Shown here: in pieces, positions 38,216-53,100 of the stretch
How positions within the stretch are numbered: the first letter of the stretch is position 1
How the letters are laid out: each line of letters starts with the position of its first letter
Source: Adineta vaga
Lineage: Eukaryota > Animalia > Rotifera
Length of the DNA stretch: 64,000 bases
NCBI GenBank assembly: GCA_021613535.1
Contig: CP075496.1
Coordinates: forward strand, 14,880,001-14,944,000
Direction of reading: 5' to 3'
Notes under the pieces: generated by a model
What the model was told of the DNA's origin: nothing
What the model saw: the letters and a program-made list of their open reading frames with translations, nothing else
The model's database searches: none
Program-made: the position numbers and the translations under genes

Positions 38216-39440
38216 ATAACGGCTTTTTTCGCCTTTTCAGGATCATGTCATTTTAGGGATATTTTGGGTGGGGTTAGTATTTTGACATTTACTCGTAAAC
38301 GGAGAGAGTCATCGAGCTAGTTCAAGTTTCATTTAATAGATCATGATATGTGACATAAAAAATAAATGAAAATCAAGTATGTTGGTTGTTGAGCTATGGA
38401 ACTGTAAAGTCGTACAGATTAAAAATACGGAAGAAAAATATGTTTTTCTTTTCAGTTTGAATCTTATTATGATTCATGAAGTAGATTTTAAAGCCACCAT
38501 ACGTTTTTATAGCTCATGTTGTAGAGCTTTCCTAACTGCATCTAATCAAATGAAATTCAAGTGAACAAAACACTCTCGTCACCCTGAAATCTGGTCGTCA
38601 ATTGCGATGTCCTAGTCTTTTTTGAACCTGTTTTCACCACTATCTATCGATTTTCTACTAAAAAGCGTAGAACGTGCTGGGAACAAATATCGTATTCGAA
38701 ATCATCAGGAAAAACTGAGCGAACTTAGGTAACTTTTAAGTGACTACTGTTGTATTTGTATTTAAATCACCTAATAAAAACGTGCAATGTGTTTCATCAT
38801 GTACTTAAACTTATAAGTCGCAGTTCATTTTTCTGACTTATTTAGCCCGGTGGGGTGGCTCAACGTCAAATCAGTAGGACAATGAACTTCATTGAAAAAT
38901 AAAGTGACAGTGGCCACTTAAAAGTTACCTAAGTTCGCTCAGTTTTTCCTGATGATTTCGAATACGATATTTGTTCCCAGCACGTTCTACGCTTTTTAGT
39001 AGAAAATCGATAGATAGTGGTGAAAACAGGTTCAAAAAAGACTAGGACATCGCAATTGACGACCAGATTTCAGGGTGACGAGAGTGTTTTGTTCACTTGA
39101 ATTTCATTTGATTAGATGCAGTTAGGAAAGCTCTACAACATGAGCTATAAAAACGTATGGTGGCTTTAAAATCTACTTCATGAATCATAATAAGATTCAA
39201 ACTGAAAAGAAAAACATATTTTTCTTCCGTATTTTTAATCTGTACGACTTTACAGTTCCATAGCTCAACAACCAACATACTTGATTTTCATTTATTTTTT
39301 ATGTCACATATCATGATCTATTAAATGAAACTTGAACTAGCTCGATGACTCTCTCCGTTTACGAGTAAATGTCAAAATACTAACCCCACCCAAAATATCC
39401 CTAAAATGACATGATCCTGAAAAGGCGAAAAAGTCGTTAT
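38216..39440. mobile_element. 1.2 kb near-perfect palindrome (foldback element, ~535 bp arms)
   Basis: Arms 38216-38750 and 38907-39440 give identical 61-aa ORFs on opposite strands. The right side continues to CCCTCG-TAA at 39562. Confidence 0.9.
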
Positions 39441-42400
39441 ATAGAAAAACTTTTATAAAAGGGTTTTGGAACGAAATATTTTGGGATTTTTCATAATAAC
39501 ATGTGACCCTTCAAATCAAGTAGTAAAATGCAAAAAACAAACTTTGCTACAACCTACCCTCGTAAAACTTTTCGGTTTTCGCGCGTACCCTTTCTTTAGT
39601 ATAAACTGGCGTCATCAGAGCTTATAAATTTAAAAAATAGTTTTTTCGCAAATAAGTTCGAGCGAATTTGTCGACACGTTTTCTCCAAAGACCTTTCATT
39701 CAAGGTTATCTAGGAGCAAGAAAAGAAGTTTGGGACTTTCAACAGAACAGTGTCAGATTTCAGTCTTGCGTAGTGACTCGCGTCAACTGTTATAGGTTCG
39801 TTTGGAAAAGCAGACGAGCGCTGAGAAAAAATATAAAGATTCTGAGTGGCTCGTATTCTTTGACCTTTCGACATATGGAACTGACGATGCAAGGATGATG
39901 AATTTGTAAATAGTTAAAAAATTTACCTTCTGACTTCTGAATAACTTCTGGGCGAAAGTTTCCTTCTTAGAATCTGCGGAACTTCACCGGAAAACGTTGG
40001 GGTAAGCTAGAAAAATAGGTTTTTTACTGAAAATAATGTGCTTTGTCAGATGACATGTGTCACACAGAAAACTAAAAACTTAATTGAGTAGTCTTTTACG
40101 GCGCTCGGTTGTGGGCCTCGTGCAGTGGCTCATAGATACCTTTGCATATTATCCACAGTAAGTTTTAAAAAATCTCAATTTTTTTTATTTGTTGAAGAAT
40201 ATACTAATGAGATTTCAGGAGAATTGTATGATTTGTTTTATAAACCCTATCAAATTAGAAAGGAGCAACTAAAATACAAGTCAACAAAACTACCTCTATA
40301 GGATATTCCTAAGTATAGAGGGTAAAATTTTGGATGAATATGCAGTTCGCCGGAGAAAAATATCGAAATGCGTATGATCGAAATTTGGCGATACATACTT
40401 AGACGAGCTATCGTTTCGATTATGACACTTTCGTTTGTGCCTTTTTTCCTATTCCCTACTGTCGATAAGAGTGTTTGCAAGAACTGACGGCACAATCGCC
40501 ATAACTTACTCTCTTATTTACAACACGTAAATGCTAAATTCTATCATAGTCTTACGACAGTAGTATGACACTCATGGCGTTTGCGCTGTCAGTCCGTGCA
40601 ACTAGTGAGTAGTTCAGCCCTTGATATAAGTGAAGTTTCATGTGAAGATTTGAAACTTTGATTTAATAGTTGAAACTGAGTCGTATAAGAATATACTACT
40701 AAATAGTCGATATCTCAGTCAGATCTCAAATTGCGCACGAACCAACTTAAACCATATCACTTGTGGCTAGGTGTGGTACATTTCCGTTAATTGTCAACAT
40801 TAACGTATTAACGCATCCATAATTATCCTAGCGTCTTCATCTCAATTTTTCTTCATCTAGAAATTAGCACTCAATCATAAAATATTTTTATACTATAAGT
40901 AAATATGTTTAGGGCACAGACAGCTATCGGTTCCCTTCGCTGAGGAAGGTTAAAAATCAGTAAGATAGAGAAAAAAATTTGTTAAAGAGAGTGTGATTTC
41001 GTACTCAGATGACGTATAAAACTAATATCATTTGTCTTCTCTCTAAGTTTAAAAAAACGAATAAACACGAACTTTCGCTGTTTTTTCACTTTTTTAACCT
41101 TTCATTTTTGTCGAAATAATGAATGCAACTTTCAATAAAATTTTAAAAAAGAGATGAAAATGAACTGATTGACTCAGAGAAACCAATGATCTGAATCGAT
41201 ATAGAATAAAAATAGCTCAATTTTATAGTAAAAATTATTTTAAAAATAAGACTAAACTGTCGTCCGTGCAGAGATGCAGAATCTGCCGTAAAAATAAAAA
41301 ATTTCCCCCCAATGTAAAAAATCAATCAAACATTTTCTTATCATTTTTCTTCATAAAAAAATCCATAGTCAATAATTTTCAGAAGCAATCTTAATATATC
41401 ATCGGTTGCTTCATCTAAGTAAATAATAGTGAATTATCCTTATTTTATGCTAAAAATCGCCGTTTTCTCTCTTGAAAGGCGGATTTTTTGTGCATTTTGG
41501 TTGCAAAAAATAGTATTTTAGGCATATCTCGGATAAAGTAATATCGACCGCCTAGAAATTCTAAGTAAAAAAGTACAATAGTATCAAGACGAGTATTGTA
41601 TCAGGAGCAAATTATTGCACACTGTCGAGCAAATTTCATTCTACAAAACTTCTTATTTGAAAACTCCCGTTTATTACATGTTTCTCTGAGAAATGTTCAT
41701 ACACTTTCAATGTGTCGTGCAAATATTTCTAGGGCAAAGGACCGCAGTCAAAACGAGGGAATTCATTTTATTTCTTATATATTCTGATAAAGCTTTCTAT
41801 GACGATTCACAATATGCTCTTGATCGAATGATTAGGATGTGAGTGTCGAAATTAGAATAATCCACAGTCACACCCGCAAGATTCATATACCTCTCAGTGA
41901 TCTTAATTCAACCTCCGCCCAGTTCATGGAAAAGGAAAAATGAAATAGGATGTTTTAATAGGACTCTCACGAAAAATCCTAAATACAAACATATATATTT
42001 ATTCCTGTTTTAAGTATAGACAGTGTCCCTAATAAAAACAGGCGTGTGAACATCCACGATAATTTTCTATTTTTCTCAGTTATTTCTCAAGAAAAGAGCA
42101 TTTCGCGCATTCAATTTAGCAAAGCTGAATAAATGATCTAAAAAAGTAATGGGATACTTATTGATATGATTTAATAGTAAGTTTTTCTGAGAGAAGAGAC
42201 TAAATTTAGAAGAGCTATCCGAAGACAGTTCTGGTATTTGCGCTTTTAATATTTCTTTTCAAAACGCCATAATGAGTATACATAAAAACCAAAATATCAG
42301 GGGCCAACTATATGTTGTACTGACGAGGGAACCACTCGAAATGTCAAAAAGCTTTTCCGTCCTGAATATAATGGTTCACCCTCACTCTCCAGATTTACCA

Positions 42401-42549
42401 ATTAAACATATGATTTATTTTCTCAGTTCATATAAAGAGCACGGCCAAGCGTTAGGGAATTTCATTTTTTCAACTTGCGAGATACGTGTCTTCTCAATAA
42501 CAAAAGAGATGTCTCTGAAATTTTAGGCGTATATGAAGACTAATCAGCT

Positions 42550-44130
42550 CTACCAGCACTGAAAATTTCTTTCAGTAATCACAAGCCATAGTGAAGCTAT
42601 TTGAAAAACATAGTTCGCTACGGAATTTCGCCATTTTGCTCTTTTTCCGCGGAGGCAGGGGTGCAGAATATGCCCTTCTGCTACAACCCATGTTGGGCGA
42701 AATTTTTGATTTTTACGGCAGATTCTGTATCCTTGGTTGTAACCTGATGTCTCCTCTTTTTCCGTGTCGATTTTCCTACCAACTTTGCTGTTGTTTCTGG
42801 TATACATTTTACAAAATTGTCGTATTTTGTTTGTATGTCGTTGTCGGGGCTGATGTGGTCTAAAATTTCATAACGATTTTGCACTTGTATATTGAATAGT
42901 GATTGTAGTTTGGAGCTATTTTTGAGTTTGTTCCAGTCGTACTTGATCCTTTTGCTCTTGATATCTTTCGGTGCCCGAAGACTGATTGATAGCTTGGCGC
43001 TAACAATACGATGATCGGAATTCAATTCTACTGTGTTGTAAGCGCGAACGTTTCGAATTCAATTCAACCATTTTTCATTTATGAGAATATGATCAAGTTG
43101 AGCTTTGGATTTGCCATTTGGGTGTAACCAGGTCCATAATCTTGATTGTGGTTGTGGAAAGCGTGTCTGTGTTGAGCGCATGTTACAGGCTTCGCAGTAG
43201 TTGATAAGTCTGTTGCCGTTATCGTCAGTTGAGTGATAATATGTGAGTTTGCCAATTGCTCGTGGATTTGTTGTGTGACTATCGGTTCCCAATCTTGCTT
43301 TAAGATCTCCAGCAAGTATCAGGACATTGTGTAGTGGAACGTCATGAGCACATGTTTGTAGATCATCGTAAAAGGTATCTTTTTCTGCATCACTTTTGTC
43401 TTCCGCAGGTGCGTAGACGATGATGATGGTTATTGTTGAGTTGTCTTTAAAGTGCACCACCATGATGCGATCAGATATTTTTTCTGAAGAGCCGAAGAAT
43501 GCTGACATTCTAGGATTTATCAGTAGTTCGATACCTCCATGCCTTTCTGGTGTTGCTGAGCAGTATTCGAAGCGTCATGGTTCGTCGTTCAGTGTTTGAT
43601 AAGTTGTGCTTGTTTATTCTAATGTTTGCCAGCGATGTTCTTGAATTGCCACCAGATCGATGTTGTTTTGGTTGCATCCATATACAAGTTGGTGCAATTT
43701 TCCAGTTTGCTTTAGGGTGCGAACGTTGTAGGTCGATATTGTGATGGTCTTGTGAAGAATTTCTGTGTTTTTATATTTTGAACGACACGCCGCTGCTTTC
43801 TCAAAGGCAGGTAGCTGCCTTATCATAGGCTTGGATTCTTGAGGAATCCTTGCTTGCTGACGGCGAGACGAGAGACTGCTGCCCGGAATGGGTTCTTCAA
43901 TTGTTGTTTTCGGAGTTGTTGTGAAGCACGCTTCGAGTGGCTAGCCCTGAAGCGTCTACCAGAGCCCATCTTAGCCGTCGAGAACGACGTCTTCATTCGA
44001 CACTGCGAGAAAGTGAAGGGTTGGCTTTTGTCGGACTATAACTCAATATCGTCTTTCAAATCCCGAAAGCTTGAGACGATTCTGAAACCCTTGAGTATAA
44101 AGTGGGTGAGACTCCATGGAATACCCCATA
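42550..44130 (-). mobile_element. 5' portion of a non-LTR retrotransposon (leader + APE endonuclease), degenerate
   Basis: TYNVRTL, LVAIQEHRW, ISDRIM, VYAP, LAGDLKAR, TWLHPNG..QLDHILIN, SDHRIV, with frameshifts and stops. No RT present. Confidence 0.88.
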
Positions 44131-44132
44131 CA

Positions 44133-44779
44133 TTTCAATCGTTGAAGACAGCTAGTTGTTCTGTATACTGGTCGACTTTAAATGACATTTCATAATTTCT
44201 TCAATAAACCATGATTGTAATGATGAAACTCGCTTTGTATTAATAAGGCAATAAAGAATTCCAATTCAATTCGATCGATTAAGTTTTACTGACAAATTTT
44301 ATGCGTTTTCATTCGAAAATCGTCAGATGTTCTTTTAAATTGATCAAAATATTGCTCAGTATATCGATTTGTATGAAAAACAATTGCGTCAAGAATTTCA
44401 TTTGTAGTAAAAACGCTTGGAACAGTCAAGAACAGTATGAACCTCAGTAATGCATCTTGCTTTCTTTTTGTTTATGTTAGCAGCACATATTCGACCTTGT
44501 ACTGGTCTTGGATCCGTAGACCATACAACTTCATTCTTTTCTGATGTTGATGGATGAGATTCTAGAGAGTTTTCTTGATTAATATAAGAATCTAATGAAT
44601 CATGTTGATGTCATGTGTTCATCAGTAGACGTGTTGTATGAATCTGAAGCAAGAACTTCATAATCACTATCATCCGAATACGATTATAAACCTTCATTGA
44701 CAGAATCATTAGTTTTATTATTATCTGTTAGTAAAATTTCTTCGATTTGTTTTAAATTTGTTATCAAACTGCGATTCAT
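44133..44779 (-). pseudogene. Decayed piggyBac-type transposase N-terminal fragment
   Basis: Manual translation gives acidic SDDSDYE, VWSTDP..GR..ANI, TNEILDAIVFHTNRY, DRIELEFFIALLI, SRPVYRTTSCLQR. Contains stops and frameshifts and is cut off at the LINE. Confidence 0.75.
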
Positions 44780-46189
44780 GCTGTTCAAACACGAAAATGT
44801 ATAGTTGACTTTAATCTTATCGTCTTACGTTGTACAATCAAAATATATCTGCACAAAAAAATGAAATAAATAAAAGAGAGAAAACAGAGAGAAGAGCAGA
44901 AGTACAGCGCCGTATACACGATGTAATTGATTTCGAAATAGATAATGCGAAACGATATATAATTATTCCTTTTTTTTATCATATGTATTGTTATATTCAG
45001 AAAAATGGACTAGAATTATACTACTAGTAGACGATTTTAACCTCTTGTATAAAAAAGAATTCAATTTTTTCGAGAAAAAGCAAAGCAAATGTTCCCCAGG
45101 TGTTAATTAAAGTCTCCTGGTTATTCTCCTGGATTTAAAAAGAAACTTCTGGTCAACTCCTGGTTTCGTGAATTTTGATTCGGCAGCCCTGCTAGTAATT
45201 ATATCAGATCTTGGTCGATTAAACGATAAATTTCACACTCTTCGTACTAAATGTGAGTCATTATTATAAGTTAGCGAAGATGAAAACCAATCCAAATAAA
45301 TCTTTAGAGAGAAAGCAACACTGAGAAAACACACAGCAGCAGTATCACCTTATAAAATAAGATTATACTATCATAGTTGTTATGAGATCTATAAGGGCAC
45401 GTAACTGCATTTTTCTCTCTTAGAGATATTCATGATTTATAATATGGGTAGTGTATACTAACAAAAGACTGGAGATCAGCTGTGAGAACTGATTGCTCGA
45501 AAAGTTTGTCGAATCCTTGAGTTGGCGTGAGGAGACAAGAGCATGAGGGCCCATATGAAACTCAGGCACTCACACCCTCAAAACAGATTATTTAAATAGG
45601 ATTCTCTTAAACATAATCAACAAAAGGCACAAGAGTTGGCGTTTCTCATAGCGTTTGATCTATAATTTTCCATATCAGTTGTGCATATTCGCGTCTTACC
45701 AGGAGAAATTTATAAGTCTCAGAGTTTCCAAGTATTTTTCTGATTAAAAATTCGATATTTGCTACTCTTTAATTTTTCTAATATAATTTTCCCTCATGTT
45801 TTTTCTATGAAGACTAGAAAAATATTTACTATTAAAACGATATTTTTAGTTTATTTTCACTTCAAAGTTTTTGTGAGCAGAGTTCTATAATTAAACCAAC
45901 CGATTTTTACCGATTTTAAAAAGTAAAACCGGTTCCCTGTCTAAATTGGTTCATGCCTAAACTGGACTAATCGGTTGACTATCACTTATTCCTATTTTCC
46001 AATCAAGTTTTGCACTCTTAGCATTACTGACGAAAGAAAAAGCAAAAAACGATTGGATGCACTGACGCATGACAAATATGTATAAACACGTTAACTTCAC
46101 CATTATATTTATTCTCTGTTTCCAAATGCGATTCGTAGTAATATTTCGGCGTTGAAGTGTGACACAGAGGCAATGCGTGATCCAAAACA

Positions 46190-46980
46190 TTTTAGATAAA
46201 ATACTTCCCCACTTTGAAGCCACTATAAACTACTGACGACGAGTTGCAATCTACGAATTCTAACCAGATTTTTTCCTCCTTCATAATATAGGTCTGTAAT
46301 TTTTTTGTCAAGTCTTATTTGGGAGTAGTAAAATTATCTTAGACGTGATATATTTATATCTGTTCAAGAATACTGAACGAGGTTTTGAGAAGTTCATAGA
46401 ATTTTTTCTAATGGTGAACCGATAGTTTTACCTTCTTGTAAGTTCCTTTTCGATCATAGTAAAAGCTGTCAGTGCCAATTTTTTCGTAGAGCAAATGCAT
46501 CTTTAGAAAAAATGTTGTCGAAGTAAGTTATAGCTTATAGCTAAGGGGAAACTATAACCATTTTATCAAGAAATTTTTCTAGGCCCCATTTTTACTATAA
46601 AAAAGAATGCTTTTTTTCGTAAAATAATTAGCTGAGAAGAATGAATATTGTATCACCATATCGAAGCACAAACAAATACTGAAATAGAGAATCTGGTAGA
46701 GCACGTTCTACTGTACAAATTCAAATAAAAATGAGGGCTTCGATTTTCGGTTCTCACTCATAATGATTATCGAAAATAAAAGGTCAGCAAAAATAGTTTT
46801 TTCAAACCACCGTTTTGAATTTTTCAAAGTCGGTTTTACTGCTCCCAAATAAGGCTTGATAAAAAAATTATAGATCCATATTCTGCAAGAGAAAAAAATC
46901 TGGTCATAACTCGTCGCTTACAACTTGGCTCTGGCAGTTTCTAGTGACTCGAAAGTGAGAAAATCTTCTGTCTAAAAATA
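46190..46980. mobile_element. Degenerate foldback element just upstream of the ABCB start
   Basis: Inverted repeats ~46190-46335 / 46832-46980 (ccagatttttt, tcaagtcttatttgggagtagtaaaa). Confidence 0.7.
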
Positions 46981-47118
46981 TTCGGCTACCCATTACTAGC
47001 GTCAAAATGGAGAATGAGCGAAACTATTAAAATCAAACCAACGGTCATACGGATATGGCGTGACTATAGTTGTTAATGTATTATTTAAAAGAATAATCTA
47101 TTTAGACAAAAATATGCA

Positions 47119-50100
47119 ATGACTGATAAGGAATATCTGTTAAACACGTTCTCGAAACTCTCCACAAGCAATGATGATGACGATCATGACAAAGAAAACG
47201 ATAAACAAGTCTTATCGAACAGGTATGCATGAATGAGTGCTGTGAAAAATTAATGATTGTTGTTATTCTAAATGTTCTAGTCTCTCCGATTGGCGTCAAT
47301 GTTTCGATGTACTGCGGAATCGACGAAAATATGACCAACTGGATGATAATGATGAGACAGTTGATGCTGACAAGAATTCTTCTGTGGGACTTACCAAATT
47401 AGTAAGCATCTTTAAAACAGAGAACATACACCGAAAACAGTTTCAGAGTTTTTCCTAAGAGGAAAATAATAGAATCTGGAAGCCATGAGTTCCCTATAAT
47501 TCTAGGATTCAAAAGTGAAAAAATCCGATTCTCTATGTCCGTCTTTCCCAGATTGTCACTGACATAGGTCCGAGTACATTAGATGCAAATTCTTAGAAAC
47601 CATCACAGATCGTTAGCAATAATTTAATTAATTTTATAATTAGCTATGACAAACCCTCACTGACCAAGGCCGACACTAGTGATTCTTACTGATATATTAG
47701 AGTGCGACTGAAGTTGTATCAAGGAGAAAAAGCGATACTTCAGTACCCCACAAAAATTTTGGACTACGATGGAGCGCAGTGAAATAAAGATCAAAGTATG
47801 AATAGAGTAAGGTGAAGTATAGGTAGATGATTATTAAAATAGAGAATCGTATTAAAAGTTATCGCTTTATAATTGACTGTGTCTGATGACGACTAAAGAC
47901 TATTAAACGGCTTAATAGACATAATGGTAAAGAAAATCAAACATAATTAATTGGAAAACTGTAAATATCCGTTTTACTATGTGCAGAGCTGCGCCGTGTG
48001 ACACATTTTTAATTTCACATGAACTGCGATAATATATTTTCTCCCCGATAACTTTTATATAAACCAATCTCAATATTATTCTAGTTTGGTTTCGGCAATA
48101 AGTTTGATTATTTCCTGATGTTTCTCGGCGGATGTTTCAACATAGCAAATGTGTCTTGTATTATGGCTAGCTACGTTTTTCTCGGTGAACTTGCTGGAAT
48201 GTTTGCAACTCAATCATTCGCTGTCGATTGCCAATCTCAACAAGACAATTTCATTACTAACTTCAGCAATCATAGTAGATGTCCACATGGTATTGACATC
48301 AGTCCATCGAATTACGATCAATTACAAAGGTAGACCATTATTGAGAAATATGTTATCATTTTTCGTCTCTTGTTTTGTACATTGCAGATTTTGTCATCTA
48401 AATGAGACGAATTTTACGACAACAGTAAGAATAGCACCAATATCGCTTTCGTTTCGAGGACAAGTGATGGACAAAATTTACTGGTTAACGAGTAAGTCAG
48501 TGAGCTAAAATCATTGAATTAAGACACGGTTGAGAATGTAACTCCATTTTCTTTCTTGGATCATGTAGTTATTGGTTTTATTTCATGGTTATGCTGCTCG
48601 CTGGATATAATAATGTGGTCGACATCAGTGAAACGACAGACATCACGTATGAATATCGTACTCTTTCGATCACTGATTCAACGTGTAAGTGGAATTTCCT
48701 TTTTTCCAATCCATACTTTGTTTTCTTATCGGAGTATATTAAGAATCTATGAACCACTGAGACGCCTAAGCACCAGAGAGGGCTGCTCAATTAGATTCTC
48801 AATTTCGTTTGGGACATATTAATTTTATACAGCACATTATTTTAGGTATAAAACCTACTTTTCCGCTTTGCCACATGTACTCAGGTGAAGATGTTCACAT
48901 TCTGAAACAAGTTTTTCAACAAACAAATATTTGAAAGTCAGACGGTAACTTTTTTTTGGGTATTTGTAAATTCATCATTTCTTCATGGTCAGTTCTATTC
49001 GTCGCAAGTCAAAGAATGCGATCCGCTCACAATCTCTGACCTATTCTCAGTGTTCGCGGACTTCGCCAATAACATCGAGAACAGCTGACACGAGTCACTA
49101 CACAAAACTCATATCTGATCCTGTTATATTGAAGATTCCGAATTCCATTTGTCACTATTAGATAACCTTCATTGAAAAGTTTTCGCAGAAATAGATTCAA
49201 CAAATTCGCCCGAGCTGATCTGCGGAAAATCTATTTTAAAATGTATAGAACTGAGTGATGTCAATCCATATTTAAGTGGGCTTTCTTCAAGTCAGCTCGA
49301 TGGAATTCGGTCAAACGTCTCCTCTAAAGACTATTTACTTAGGCTTATCAGAAGAAGATACCAGAAGTTTAGGATTTCTTATTCACCAGGACCAGTCGTC
49401 GCTCTCATGGAGAAATCCATAAGATACGAAAAAAAATAATAGTCCATGCATATTCAAATATTCACGTACGCGTGGAAATATCAGAATCATTGTGCATACA
49501 ATAGTTGTAAGAGAGGAAGCTAATCAAATAACCTTTTATTTTTTGAGTAAAATAAAATTTAGATAGAGTATTCCCAAAATAAAATAAAGAAGAATCTGGT
49601 TTCTATACCACACGTAGTAATTCGTAGTTACAAGAATGATCCTACTTTACTAGGACATAATCACAATTGGAAACTTTTTTTACTCCTATGAAAAAATCTA
49701 TTCGTTCGGCTAGTTTTCTCGGATCTAAACGAAAAATTAGTAATTATCATTAATGTAAGAGCAAAAGGAAATCGAATAGAAAAGTTTTCTTTTATTATGA
49801 AACGTTTCAACAACTGCGATTGTATTAATCAGCGAAAAATAAAAAGAAGTTATATGCAAAAGAATATATACAAATTGAAAACAACATTAATTATCATAAC
49901 ATCTCGTAATAAAACAAATATTTTCTATTCAGTTTTCTCTTCTTTTCCTTTGGTTATTAGATGTATTGAAGGAACTAAAACAAACAATAGTTATATGCCA
50001 GGAATTATCACACGGTGATATCACCGATTCTTGTTAACTACATATTAGAGCAATAAAAGGAACATCAGCGAAAGAGAAACGGAAAAAACGATGACCTTTA

Positions 50101-53100
50101 TGGGCCTCAAACCCACACCTTCTGCTTATCCGCGCAGATGTCCTAGGTCAGTTAGACTAGAAGAACCGTCTTAATCTCAAGTTTACCGTCGAGTGATTCA
50201 TTACAGATGCTAACAATTCTCCATCACAAAATTCTCAGTTTGTTTTCTTTTGTACGCGGAATAGTAGAGCTTTCTTTATTGATCAATTCGAGAAAAAAGC
50301 GTTGACGGTTTTTTCTAGAAACAACTAAGATACCGTCAAAATATTGACAAATCAAAAACTACAAAAGTTACATTTTTGGACATCTGCTGAGGAAATTTCT
50401 TTTTCTTTTTCGTACCTTCAGACAAACGTATTTTTTTCATTTATAATGGCGATATATAGTACATCTGTCTCGATGCCATAGAGTACATGAAATAACGACT
50501 TGAAATAGTGTCATGTGGGAACGATTTTTTGTGGTTCTTGTTCCCCTTCCCATAGTTCCCAAAGAGTTTCCTAAAGCTCCATTTATCTCTGAAAACATGT
50601 CATTAGTATATATGTTGACTAGTTTTTCGCGACATCGCGTTTTATACGTAAACATCTATTATTATCAGGAAAATTATCTCTATCATGAATTCACGAAATA
50701 AAACAAACGGCAAAATATTAGCACATGAAATAATCTACCCCTTTGCATAATAGAAGCTTTCGAGGATTTATGAACTGTATAGCGTTCAGAACTTTTTCGA
50801 GAAAACTCTTTGCTATGTTCTATGATTTTTAAAAATTTATTAGATACCAAACTTTTCCAGAACTATTTAGAAGATTCTCAGACTTTTTACACTGTTTTTA
50901 AAGTTTGCAAAAGAGTTTTCGAGATTTCAAGACAGTTATCTAAGATTTCAAAAAAAAATTATTTTAATCCTTTAAGAATGAGTTCTTTTTCTGTATCTTT
51001 CATCATAAATCAATCAACGTTTCTATTTTCTAAAAGAACTTTATAAAAACGTGTGTTCATGTAGAACATCGTCTAACATGTCCCTATATAGAGAGCAACG
51101 ATTCTATATTATGAAGTTTTTTCTCTGAAAGTCAGTTTTGTTATATTTATTATCCATTACTGCATATCTGAATAAAATAACCTAATTACAATCCAAATTA
51201 TACCGAAAGACTCTCTGATAAATGCTGTAACAAAAACTAATCTCATATAGGAATCTGTGTGTTTTGAAATACCAGAGAATCGCCAGGGCCTCTTAAGGGG
51301 CCAACCGTCCCCAAAGGGTTAAAAGTGCTTATATCATTTAATTTGCTGGCTCTAGAAAGCCCTATATTCAATTTCTCAAATAAGTTTGAAAATCTTTCGA
51401 AAATTGCGTTACAAGATTTTGAACGGTATTGGCTATGCACATAAGTAAAACCATACGGTTAAATACCAGTAGAACTTCATCTGACAAGCTTAAAAATTAT
51501 ATAAGACATCTACTCTAACAGAAGAAAAGAATCATCTAGCACAGAGCTGCCGATAAGCCACTTTTTCTCTGGACTAGTCTGGTCTCACTCAAACTGCGAA
51601 ACAGGAAAGAGTAGACTGCTTGCTTTCTTAGCTTAGCCTGAGCAGAAGAAGAGGTGCCTGCAAGACAATACGTGTGATCGATAGCGCTATTCAGCATGTG
51701 AACATTGTCTGATAATCACCGAGCATATTCTATTAAACTCCATCACAATCTATGAATATTAAACTCTAACAATTTTCGATCTCCCTGTTTTGTGAAACAC
51801 GAACTGAAAGAGTATTGAAATGACTAAGGGTAAAAATTTGGAACCACTATCCATCCCCGCAGACAATTGCAGACAGCTCTTGACAGGCTCAACATTTGTT
51901 TCTCATACAGACCGGTATCCATAAACTCTATGGTCTATTTATTTACTGCGACGAACTTGACGATTAGCTAATTGAGCAATCAAGTATCAACGATTCTTGT
52001 GGTCATTTCAACTAGCTACTAAAGACCATGGAAAAAGTGATGGTGTAACCAAGAAGAATAACAGCGTTTTGTCTGTTTTCTCAGTTACGATATAGTTCTC
52101 AGCAGGACTAACCTGTATCTCATGTAGCATGCTAACAAGTGCACAATTATCAGGAGACAAACATAAGACTTTTTCGATCAATCAAATCGATGAGCAATAT
52201 TCGCAAAAGAAAAATAGTTCATCCGTAGATTCCAAGGTTTTAAAGATTCTATAAGAGTTCAATAGATTCTAAAGGATTTAATAATATTTAACTTTTCAGA
52301 ATCACATACTTCTCGAACGGATTTGGATGATCCTAAGTGATTATGAAAGATTCTATGAGATTAAATCGATTCTAACTGATTCTACAGATGTTTACGTGAT
52401 TCCAAGGTCATAGAATCAGCTGTTTCACTCTTTAATATTGAAATCTTTTCTGTCATGATTGTAGGAATAATCGTGCTCAATGTATCTTGAAAAAAAATTA
52501 GTATAAATGTTCAATCGATATTCTTATCGTTTAAAGTTATTGTTTAGAATATGACATACTTGGATACAAATTCACCTAGTGAACTAATTTTGAAATTATC
52601 CGAGTAAGCAAAATTGATCTTTCATATAAAAATAAGCGCTAATCATCATTCAATTGTTTAATAGTAATATATCAAAGATCGAGTCTGGCATTAGTATCGA
52701 ATTCTTAACATTTATTACGGCTGTGTTCAGTATAGCCGCCAGTGTAATCATCTCGTTCGTTATTAACTGGAAATTATCATTGATTCTTTCGTGTCTTTTG
52801 CCTATGATTGTTGGTGCTTCAGTAATCTTTTCTCGAGTAGGTAGATCATTATTCAAATTATCAAATTTTGTTACCTCGATTATTGTAGGCCATCAGCAAT
52901 GAAACAACCAATGAATTAACAAAATATGCCAGAGCTGGAAAGATTGTTCAAGAAGTATTTAGTTCACTGCGAACTGTCCATGCACTCAATGGTAGTCAAT
53001 TTGAACAAAAAAGGTAGTTGAATATGCATATCAGTGTGACTTAAGCTCTTTCTACTTAATTCGAAACTGTGTACTCAATTGTATACTGGAGTAAAATTAT

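Noticed and set aside
38379-39278. Twin identical 61-aa ORFs as duplicated genes
   Set aside because: By-product of the palindrome; no recognisable motifs.
43830-44130. HDV-like ribozyme in the LINE leader
   Set aside because: I could not build the nested pseudoknot by eye; needs a covariance-model search.
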